A DNA stretch of 16,810 nucleotides, from contig JBHHUC010000047.1 of the NCBI GenBank assembly GCA_046861395.1, positions 1 through 16,810 of the forward strand, in the 5' to 3' direction. This document shows, one piece after another, positions 8,801-15,661 of this stretch. The notes below the pieces were generated by a model that worked only from the letters and a program-made list of their open reading frames with translations, searched no databases and was not told the DNA's origin. Made by a program: the position numbers and the translations under genes. The stretch is from Fidelibacterota bacterium (GTDB lineage Bacteria > Fidelibacterota > Marinisomatia > Marinisomatales > JABMOV01). Each line of letters begins with the position of its first letter. Within the stretch, counting starts at the first letter, position 1.

Positions 8801-11130
8801 TGGATTCAGTGGCGATTCATCAAGTCGAAACAGACAGTGTGGCTGTCGTAGTGTATCTTCAGGAAAATTTTATTGGCACGGTTGACATGACCCTCCGCGC
8901 TACGGATAACAATAGTGCCTTTGTGGAGGATACATTAACCGTCTTTATTCTTCAAACAAATCGACCGCCCGTGTTTACCAGCGATCCTGTATTGGTCGTT
9001 TCACAGGATCAGGAATATCGCTACAAACCGGAAATACTGGATATGGATGAAAATCCTGTAACCCTAACCATTGATACCCTTCCGGAGTGGTTGGATTTTG
9101 TCGGTGATTCCCTGATTATTGGAACACCGACAAATGATGACGTAGGTGAATATAACGCGATTATCAGTACCACCGATGGACTGTCTGAACCTGTATATCA
9201 AGCGTGGACAATTACAGTCGAAAACATAAATGATGCGCCCGTTGCCATTGCCAATACTAATTTTTCGACTCTGGCAGGAGTTGTAGTGGAACTGAATGGT
9301 GAATACTCCTATGACATCGATGGGGATTCTCTTTCGTTTAAATGGATATCTCTGGAAAACATTGAATTAACACATCCGTTATCTCCTAATCCATCTCTCC
9401 TAGTGCCGGATGTTAACGATTTGACCGAATTACAATTTGTGTTAATCGTATCGGATTATGGGCTTGCATCCGTTCCTGACACAATGACGGTCACGGTGCA
9501 TCCGGCAGATGAGGTGGACATAACTGACTATTCAAATGCTCCTCAAGATGCTGGCAGCGACCTGGGGATTTCGGTGGCTTTCCCAGATTATTTTTATGCA
9601 ACGGAGGCTACTCTATATTATACGGTGGGAGGAGAGAGAGGCTTCCAGAGCATACCCATGACACAACCTGGACGGGGACTCATTTTTACTGCTGTCATTC
9701 CAGGATCTCGGGTGAGTGGTAATGGATTAGCACACTACATTTCTGCCATAGATTCGGCGGGAGTAGTATTTCAAACGGATGTGGCATCCATTCCCGTCAT
9801 CATCCCAGAACATTCTATTTCTATAACCATGGAAAGCAGTGCCTATCCAGCAGGAATTCCTGAAGGGAAATGGCGTATCATATCGTCACCCATCTTGCCT
9901 GATGACCCGACAGTCGAAACGATATTAGCGGACGTATTTGGGCGAAATCACAGCAATAAAACCTGGCAGGTTTTCGATTGGAATGGAGAAAACTGGTTCA
10001 CGCCTGACACATTGGAGGCAGGAAAAGGATACTGGTTAAATCAGCGTATGGTAGATACGGTTGAATTTTCAGTTGGGGCAGGTACATCCGTAGCATTATC
10101 CGGGTTTAATGTTATGGTTAATCCAGGATGGAATTTGATCAGTTCACCGTTTCCGTTCCCAATTGGGGCAACCATTGATCAGGAATTGTTCTCCGGTCCC
10201 TACAGCTATGGTGATTTTGATGGTGAGGGGTGGAAAACCACCACGGATAGTTTAAGACCCTGGGGAGGATATGCGGTTTACAATTGGAGCGACAGTATTC
10301 AATCCATTGCTTTGGAACCGCTGACGGATTTACACCAGAACAGAGCAGCAAGGCAATCGGACGGTTGGATTGTAAATCTATCGGTATCCAAAGAGGGATA
10401 CGCTGATAACACAAATCGAATCGGCCAATCCTCAGTGGCGAGGGATGGAAAAGATGCTTTAGACAATATTGAGCCACCGAATCAATCCCACTATCTGAAA
10501 CTTGAATTACATAATAATGACTTGGATGACAGAATCACTACATTTACATCTGACATTCGATCCATTGATACGGAGCTGCAATCGTGGACGATTCTCATCT
10601 CTTCTAATGTATTCCGTGGATTGGCGAATGTGAATATGGATCTCCTTGGAGATTTTCCTACCCAATATAGTCGATTTTGGTTGGACTTATCTATGCGGAA
10701 TTACATTGATATAACGAATCGGAATTCGATTCAAATCAATGTCCAAAATGAATTTCCTTCAAGATATACTGTCATAACTGGACCTACATCCCAAGTAAAA
10801 CAAGCCGCTGAAGACCTGTTATCCACCTTACCACAATCCTATGCTCTCGCGCAGAATTATCCCAATCCGTTTAATGGTCAAACGCAGATACACTATACGC
10901 TTGAAAAGCCATCTGATGTTAAAATTATAATTTATAATATTCGTGGTCAGGCCATACAAACCCTCATTCAAAAACGTCAGGATTTTGGTGATTATCAAGT
11001 AGCCTGGGACGGTACCAATACCCGTCATGTGCCAGTGAGTTCGGGTATGTATTTTTACCGCATTACGGCCCGTTCACTTACAGATGGACATCACTTCAAT
11101 CAAACAAAGAAAATGGTATTTATCCAGTGA
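5830..11130 (+). CDS. Large secreted/surface adhesin-like protein with tandem cadherin-like/Ig-like repeats, a PKD-like module and a C-terminal T9SS-type sorting domain
   Basis: The N-terminus resembles a signal peptide (MKTVTKWCLYLGTAQTLLWG|Q). Cadherin-like repeats have NDxP/DHxP linkers and DxD motifs (NDLPVF, NDPPQL, NRPPVF, NDAPVA). Two He_PIG/CADG-like units are present (LPDWLSL...VGTP and LPEWLDF...IGTP). A PKD-like segment reads VELNGEYSYDIDGDSLSFKW. The C-terminus reads YALAQNYPNPFN...IYNIRGQ...VSSGMYFYRI...KKMVFIQ. Confidence 0.9.
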   Translation: MKTVTKWCLYLGTAQTLLWGQAPLWTVNPSEYQFTANVTALVQLDYVTQGDSASYLGAFVNDTCRGVVQPVNVLGSWMYFLTLYSNQSQEDMSLKYYSSLEDTILPISEAYTFTANTSLGTPTEPINYHIFLYYDHTPLVSGILDQTIEDGSSFTSFDLDDYLTEEDGDSITWSVMGMQYLNVTLDSSHVVTVTPVTPGWVGSETIVFTVTDVTSNGFHDSDTAQFIILPLDHPPVVGNIPGQVIGNGGSFAPIVLSDYVSEQDGDSIAWSYGFDAPVEIDTIPSWSVNPADFVSTMTVTARVTSRGEAGNDSESILAAFVDGECRGVVSGVPALGEWLYFLTVYANVDGETIHFRFYNSGTSLNEPVNETLDFIANDAEGTPEAPYNLTAGFLDVTISSAQVAQITVLDPAWSGTESIRFVARDVGTLNTYTDSTSALFTILPDHTPLVSGILDQTIEDGSSFTSFDLDDYLTEEDGDSITWSVMGMQYLNVTLDSSHVVTVTPVTPGWVGSETIVFTVTDVTSNGFHDSDTATFTILSQDHAPTILAIPADTIGIGGEFQNINLDNYLIEEDGQSVSWSYAFAPSSNPQPAPNWSVNAAEFQYNMSLTTRIMLREQESSNSGNLLGAFVDGECRGIAQPMQVLDQSLYFLTIFGNNDGDNVTFRIYDADRGDSLLLNDTIPFINNDVIGSPESPFELVVSQIAISFLDSTTIQPEWVGSNRGGTENIYIIATDVGTEAALSDSAMVSFTLVPQVFPTVLDIPSQTIEEGEHFTVFDLDDFLDYQGDVNWTISGQNDLIVSMDSNHVVTITTPDENWFGEENIRYTASDVNNDQLSDWQETLYIVQAVNDLPVFMSDPILTVLEDEQYMYRILVEDVDNDTLVISANLLPDWLSLSNDTLLVGTPSNQQVGTHPAELSVWDHVADPVIQSFIIEVINTNDPPQLVTPFQDQYVMSDDSVHTIFENIVDNFYDEDLGDDLTYSSDILGSGLDSVAIHQVETDSVAVVVYLQENFIGTVDMTLRATDNNSAFVEDTLTVFILQTNRPPVFTSDPVLVVSQDQEYRYKPEILDMDENPVTLTIDTLPEWLDFVGDSLIIGTPTNDDVGEYNAIISTTDGLSEPVYQAWTITVENINDAPVAIANTNFSTLAGVVVELNGEYSYDIDGDSLSFKWISLENIELTHPLSPNPSLLVPDVNDLTELQFVLIVSDYGLASVPDTMTVTVHPADEVDITDYSNAPQDAGSDLGISVAFPDYFYATEATLYYTVGGERGFQSIPMTQPGRGLIFTAVIPGSRVSGNGLAHYISAIDSAGVVFQTDVASIPVIIPEHSISITMESSAYPAGIPEGKWRIISSPILPDDPTVETILADVFGRNHSNKTWQVFDWNGENWFTPDTLEAGKGYWLNQRMVDTVEFSVGAGTSVALSGFNVMVNPGWNLISSPFPFPIGATIDQELFSGPYSYGDFDGEGWKTTTDSLRPWGGYAVYNWSDSIQSIALEPLTDLHQNRAARQSDGWIVNLSVSKEGYADNTNRIGQSSVARDGKDALDNIEPPNQSHYLKLELHNNDLDDRITTFTSDIRSIDTELQSWTILISSNVFRGLANVNMDLLGDFPTQYSRFWLDLSMRNYIDITNRNSIQINVQNEFPSRYTVITGPTSQVKQAAEDLLSTLPQSYALAQNYPNPFNGQTQIHYTLEKPSDVKIIIYNIRGQAIQTLIQKRQDFGDYQVAWDGTNTRHVPVSSGMYFYRITARSLTDGHHFNQTKKMVFIQ
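6232..6501 (+). repeat. Perfect 270-bp direct repeat, copy 1 (encodes 90 aa of a cadherin/Ig-like module)
   Basis: Identical base for base to 7162-7431 (gatcatacgcccttgg...cagacacggcc) by manual comparison. The offset is 930 bp, in frame. Confidence 0.97.
7162..7431 (+). repeat. Perfect 270-bp direct repeat, copy 2
   Basis: Identical to 6232-6501. The flanks differ immediately on both sides. Confidence 0.97.
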
Positions 11131-11744
11131 TAAGATGGTTAATTATATTGATTCTTTTCGTATCTGTTGGCATTCCGCAGGATTCTTCAAACGTAGAAAG
11201 TCCTATACCTGGCATTGAAAAATCAAAACCACAAAAAGTTATAGTAGCACCACAATTCTTTAATCAATTGGAGCATCTCTATAATGGCTATGTTCAGAAA
11301 GCCGTAACCGAATCGGGAAATCAACTGGTATTATTGCAATCCCTATCAGATTTATATGAAGACGACAGTGTTTTATGCGTTAAACCCGAATGTTTGGAGG
11401 GGCTGAATTCAGGAGATTCAACGAGTGTTTATATATTGGTATGGGAAATGGACATTGATAATAAAAACATGTTTTTGACTCTTTATTCCATCGATGAAGC
11501 AAAAGTAATCAATCGATCTGGGGACACCATCCCAGACGCAACAGGCAGGGTTGAAGAAAAAATTCAAGGGCTCGTTGAAAAGTGTCTAAATAAAAAACCC
11601 ATCAACTGGTCGAAATACCTGACGCCAAAACATACTATTTATACTCTTGGTACAGCAGCCATCATTTGGGGTATTCAATTCTTCTCCAGTCGAGACAACA
11701 AAGATGAGGCGGGCATCGGTTTGCCACCGGATTGGCCTAACTAG
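11127..11744 (+). CDS. Hypothetical exported protein with an N-terminal signal peptide and a C-terminal hydrophobic segment
   Basis: The GTG start overlaps the upstream stop (GTGA at 11127-11130), suggesting translational coupling. It has a hydrophobic N-terminus (MIRWLIILILFVSVGIP|Q), a CxxxxC motif (CVKPEC), a C-terminal hydrophobic stretch (TIYTLGTAAIIWGIQFF) and a Pro-rich tail (GLPPDWPN). Confidence 0.8.
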   Translation: MIRWLIILILFVSVGIPQDSSNVESPIPGIEKSKPQKVIVAPQFFNQLEHLYNGYVQKAVTESGNQLVLLQSLSDLYEDDSVLCVKPECLEGLNSGDSTSVYILVWEMDIDNKNMFLTLYSIDEAKVINRSGDTIPDATGRVEEKIQGLVEKCLNKKPINWSKYLTPKHTIYTLGTAAIIWGIQFFSSRDNKDEAGIGLPPDWPN

Positions 11745-12271
11745 TATTTAAGGTCTAAATCTAGATTATAAAGAATAAAACGTGCCATTTTCAACCTGCG
11801 CCAGATCAGAGACCAGCTGCATCATAATAAATTAACCGTAGTAAATTACAGTTATATCTTACAGCCTCTACAAAGACACTATTTGTTTTGTTAATGCATT
11901 GTTTGATTTTGGTTACTATAGCGTTCTGTAATTTTGAAGAGGGTCTGATGAAGTCCATTAACCGTCTCCATTCCGTACAGGTAGTTTTTAATTTATCAAC
12001 AAACTCCCCCCGGCATACCCCCCTGAGGAGGTGGATTTTCACAATACAAAAAATGTCATTGATATTGTCTTGCACATTTCCAACTTCTATCATCAGAAAG
12101 GTGGATTATAGGAGATGACATTCCTCGGGGAATCAGGACGAATCATACATAATTCTATAGCCTTGGCTCCACATATATAAAGAAAGATAAACCTTAGTTT
12201 TATTATAATTAACAAACACATAAGAAAATGGGCTCACAGAGATTTATCTGCGCTTTGCTTGGTGGTTTCTC

Positions 12272-12296
12272 AGTATCCCACCTCTGGTGGAATACT
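12272..12296. repeat. Imperfect inverted repeat (11-bp arms, 3-nt spacer)
   Basis: The sequence is agtatcccacc-tct-ggtggaatact. The single mismatch is a G-U pair if transcribed from the minus strand. Function unknown. Confidence 0.45.
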
Positions 12297-12333
12297 TCGT
12301 AATCAAACCTTTGTGTTCTCATCGACTGTCCCG

Positions 12334-12364
12334 AAACAACAAGAGGCCAGCTGGCGCTGACCTC
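12334..12364 (-). terminator. Rho-independent terminator downstream of the tRNA
   Basis: The minus strand reads GAGGTCAGC-GCCA-GCTGGCCTC (9-bp stem with one G-U) followed by TTGTTGTTT. It begins 8 nt after the tRNA CCA end. Confidence 0.75.
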
Positions 12365-12372
12365 GCGTTATT

Positions 12373-12448
<76 letters not shown>

Positions 12449-12459
12449 GGAAACGGTCA

Positions 12460-12467
12460 CAAATTTA
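12460..12467 (-). promoter_or_regulatory. Candidate -10/-7 promoter element for the tRNA (TAAATTTG)
   Basis: Minus-strand TAAATTTG ends 11 nt before the mature tRNA 5' end. It fits both a TAnnnT -10 box and the Bacteroidota-type TAnnTTTG element. I found no well-spaced -35/-33 element. Confidence 0.4.
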
Positions 12468-12707
12468 GGGATATTTCTTCCGAATATTACAGACAAGTTG
12501 GAAACGAAAAGTTGGGAAACAAAGACGACGGGACTATTGAAATACGGTCATTTCCCAATTGACCCGGGGCGATATGACATGAAAATAATAATTCCCCGGT
12601 TTTGCAATAGGAGTAGGCCGGAGAAACAACTATGATTTTACTCATGAAGAATAATACGATTATTTACGGCCTACAGGATAGGATCAAACCGGAGGGATTC
12701 AGAAAAA

Positions 12708-14726
12708 TTAATGGGAATAATAATAGTTGACTGTTTTACGATTGACCCAGCGAAAACCGTCCCAGAATTCAATGTGATGCAAGGCCCGCAAAATGGGTTC
12801 ATAGTAGCGGGAGGGTGAAAACACTTGCTGATTGGCATTATAATAGTTATCGATAAACTCATCTGTAAAATCGATATCCAATAACTGGAAGTCCTGATCA
12901 AGTCGAATGAGGATACCACCGTAACATGTGTTAAAATTCAGGAAATAATGGCCGGATGCATCGCGATTCACGAGTAGGACCATTTCTCTGTCCTGACTTT
13001 GGAATAAAGGATTGATACGCGGTAAACGGATAATATATTTGGCCCGGGAAGGCCCGGCACCATGTGCATAATAATTCTGGTCTGTGGCCGGCGTAGCACC
13101 ATCGATATTATCAATATCAAATATGAGAATGATCCCCTGATCAAAATCGTTATGCGTACCGGTTAAAAAAAGTTCGGGAATATCATCGCCGTCTTCATCG
13201 ATCAGCCGGGCACAGTACAGGGCACCTGGATTCCATGCGGTCTGCACGGGAGTCCCTTCCAGGTCAAACTGGATCAGTTTACAGGGGAAATATGGCTCAT
13301 GTTGTAAAACAGCAAATAAGAAGGTTGTGTTTTTGAATTGGTAGGGTAATATGAGTGTCGTTCGGTAGAGGGGATCATAGACCTGGTGACCAAACACTGG
13401 AGATTCTACTTCCTGATATTGCCACAGGATATCCCCGTTATGGCTATAGAGGATCAGGTGCGGTGTGATCGCATCACGATTCAGAAATGGCGCATATAGC
13501 ACCTCATTATTATCGTCACCATTGAAATCCTGTATCACGTATCGGGTTCGGCGATTCCATCCCGGTTGGAGGGGTTGAGTTTCCGGAAAAGATTGACTCC
13601 ACAAGGCCCGTCCCTTGGCGTTGCGTGCAACAATGGTCCTGCCGTTTCCGATTAATTCCACCGGATTATCATCCAACGCCAGAATGGCAACCAGCGTCAT
13701 TGAGAGGACGGTCAGAGCGGACAGGAGAGAAAAAAGGATTTGTCGCCGGAAGCGGCGAGTATTCAGGCGGTCGGCAATCGGTCGCTTATAACGTCGAACG
13801 ATGGCGGGATCCTGCAGACAGTCAGCAACGGTCGCCGGTGTTTTTAAGACGAGTCGTTTCCCGGGGTAGGTTTGGGTTAGTTCGTTTAGCAGGGTGATGC
13901 AATTGCCGTGATTTTCCTGTGGTAGAACCAGGACCCGGATCGGAGAAAACCAGGCCGCTCTGAGTTTGGCCACCACGCTGTCGGGTGACACGGCCGTAAT
14001 GGTGCCGTGCCCGTCCAGGGATCCGGTAAAGGTAACATCTGGTCTGATTGCATAGGAAAATCGGTGGCCGCAGATGCGGCTGAGGACAACAATCGTTTGT
14101 AAGCAGGCGGCCAGTCCCAGGGAGCCACCGGTAACAGCGGCATCCAGATTGGGAAACTGGTACACCACCCGGAAAAAAGTCATACGGGCTACATGTTTCC
14201 CCAGGATATAGGTTTTGGCGAACCTGAAGGCCAGCGTAATCTGCATAAAGAGCATGTCATTGTCGCTAAGGCCGGCATTGTTAAAGGAGATGATATCCTG
14301 CTCAGCGTGATCTGACAAGGGGTCAATGATGACCTGCAAGGGGATGATGAATCCCGCCGCCACATCCGGGCGTGGTGTAGTTCGTTTTTCCACCAGAACA
14401 ACCTGGGCCGGTCGTTCATTTTTAATTCCGGGAGTCCGCCGATCCTGATGGGCAGGTGATGAAGATGTCTGACCCAGGTATTGTTGCAGGTTCTGGATCG
14501 ATTGGAGAATCGTCTGAACGTATTCCTGGCCAGTGGGTTTGTCCAGTATTTTCCGTTTTATCATGGCTTTTACATGATACAGCAGGTGATTCAAATCATC
14601 TGACGAACGACAGGTAAGGTTTTCGGGGCGCAGGGCCAGCGGAAAGTAAGGCAGCATTTCCTGATAATATGATATCAGGTGGTCAGAGTGTGTGCGGGAC
14701 GGTAACTGGCAGAAAAATGCCAGCAT
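12708..14726 (-). CDS. Single-pass membrane protein: cytoplasmic Lon-type (peptidase S16-like, Ser-Lys) protease domain, TM helix and extracytoplasmic beta-propeller-like domain with FG-GAP-like loops
   Basis: VTGGSLGLA resembles the Lon DGPSAG motif (Ser202, codon 14121-14123). VTFTGSLDGHGTITAV...VAKLRAA...IRVLVLPQEN resembles Lon AMTGEI..G.V.PIGG..EKL.AA...I..VLIP..N (Lys254, codon 13965-13967). The TM helix ILFSLLSALTVLSMTLVAILAL (13674-13739) is preceded by RRFRRQ, which puts the N-terminal part inside the cell. The C-terminal part has DFNGDDNNEV and DEDGDDIPEL loops and GxxLW blade motifs (GRALWS, GDILWQ). No Walker A motif is present. The true start may be further upstream (CTG at 14816). 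Confidence 0.8.
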   Translation of the reverse strand: MLAFFCQLPSRTHSDHLISYYQEMLPYFPLALRPENLTCRSSDDLNHLLYHVKAMIKRKILDKPTGQEYVQTILQSIQNLQQYLGQTSSSPAHQDRRTPGIKNERPAQVVLVEKRTTPRPDVAAGFIIPLQVIIDPLSDHAEQDIISFNNAGLSDNDMLFMQITLAFRFAKTYILGKHVARMTFFRVVYQFPNLDAAVTGGSLGLAACLQTIVVLSRICGHRFSYAIRPDVTFTGSLDGHGTITAVSPDSVVAKLRAAWFSPIRVLVLPQENHGNCITLLNELTQTYPGKRLVLKTPATVADCLQDPAIVRRYKRPIADRLNTRRFRRQILFSLLSALTVLSMTLVAILALDDNPVELIGNGRTIVARNAKGRALWSQSFPETQPLQPGWNRRTRYVIQDFNGDDNNEVLYAPFLNRDAITPHLILYSHNGDILWQYQEVESPVFGHQVYDPLYRTTLILPYQFKNTTFLFAVLQHEPYFPCKLIQFDLEGTPVQTAWNPGALYCARLIDEDGDDIPELFLTGTHNDFDQGIILIFDIDNIDGATPATDQNYYAHGAGPSRAKYIIRLPRINPLFQSQDREMVLLVNRDASGHYFLNFNTCYGGILIRLDQDFQLLDIDFTDEFIDNYYNANQQVFSPSRYYEPILRALHHIEFWDGFRWVNRKTVNYYYSH

Positions 14727-14830
14727 TGCTGAAAGCTGAAACCGGCGGTGTGTCTCGTTGCGCAGGGCAAAGAGTAATGCTTGAAATTGATTTTCCTGTT
14801 GCAGGAAATTGTTCAGGGAGGAATTCCGTG

Positions 14831-15634
14831 CTAGTAAATATGGATTGCTAAGTTATCCAGGGATGGAATTGCGGAGAAAGAAATGGTATTATGCGCAATG
14901 GGAAGAGGAGGCGTTTGAAAATCATTTCCGATGAGAGCCACGTATAAGTTGGGACAGGTCTTGGGAAGCGAAAGGGTAACATCCCATTTCCGCCGGTTGG
15001 ATTTACTCCGGACCGTAATGGTAATGGGAATCAGTTCCCCGGCAAGGGTAATCATCTGAGATTGGGGAGGGGGATTATTGTTCTCAAGAGGCATGAACCT
15101 CAAGGGGCGAATGATCTGAGCCGGCCGAACCTGAATGCTGGTTTCCTCCACGTTGATGTCCAATTCCTCCGGGATGGTGACGACGCCCTGGGCATTACTG
15201 AGCCAGCACTCCTCCACATCCTTGAGAGTGACGCAGGCGTGGGTCGCAAGGGTCTGATCGTCGGCGAGGATATGGAGCATGGTTTTCTTTTCCTGGCCAT
15301 CCCGCATCATGCGGATGATCATGTTCTCTTTTTCAGTACTGAAAACACCGGTATTAACAAAGCGGGCCTTCATGTCTGAACCGGAATCGGCTGCTAGGAC
15401 CGTCCGATGATGTACCTGCGTCGGCTGGGGAATAGATACCGGGTGAAGGGTCAGGGGTTGGGTCGGCGCTTTCGGTAGGGATGGCAACGGTTGATAGATA
15501 TTTAGGGTCGTTTTCCACCGGGTCCGGCAGAAGGCACACGTTTCAATATGCTGCATTTCGGCCGGCGGGATAAAGGAACTTTCCAGGGACTTTACCGCCA
15601 ACACATCAATTTCTATGTCAGATAAGCATTTCAT
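14831..15634 (-). CDS. Soluble zinc-binding anti-sigma factor-like protein (N-terminal ZAS / zf-HC2 domain, Pro-rich linker, beta-rich C-terminal region)
   Basis: C3-x25-H29-x3-C33-x2-C36 (MKC...QHIETCAFC) fits the ZAS consensus. There is no TM segment. The gene starts 27 nt after the stop of the sigma-like gene, the classic anti-sigma position. Confidence 0.75.
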   Translation of the reverse strand: MKCLSDIEIDVLAVKSLESSFIPPAEMQHIETCAFCRTRWKTTLNIYQPLPSLPKAPTQPLTLHPVSIPQPTQVHHRTVLAADSGSDMKARFVNTGVFSTEKENMIIRMMRDGQEKKTMLHILADDQTLATHACVTLKDVEECWLSNAQGVVTIPEELDINVEETSIQVRPAQIIRPLRFMPLENNNPPPQSQMITLAGELIPITITVRSKSNRRKWDVTLSLPKTCPNLYVALIGNDFQTPPLPIAHNTISFSAIPSLDNLAIHIY

Positions 15635-15661
15635 ACATTTAGTCTATATGTGCATTTCAGT

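Noticed and set aside
878..11028. Many 60-150 aa alternative-frame and antisense ORFs inside the two giant genes
   Set aside because: They are shadow ORFs fully contained in long, motif-rich CDSs and show no domain signatures.
11806..12118. Overlapping short ORFs 11806-12093 (-) and 11888-12118 (+)
   Set aside because: They overlap each other on opposite strands and have no recognisable motifs or protein-like composition. They are likely chance ORFs in the spacer.
12708..14726. Calling the gene a housekeeping lon, radA/sms or CRISPR-associated calpL
   Set aside because: It has no AAA+/RecA Walker motifs and no recognisable SAVED/CARF domain, and no CRISPR-cas genes are nearby. Only the protease-domain motifs match, so no gene symbol was assigned.
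13625..15539. Alternative-frame and antisense ORFs inside the protease and anti-sigma genes
   Set aside because: They overlap better-supported CDSs in a GC-richer stretch where chance ORFs are expected.
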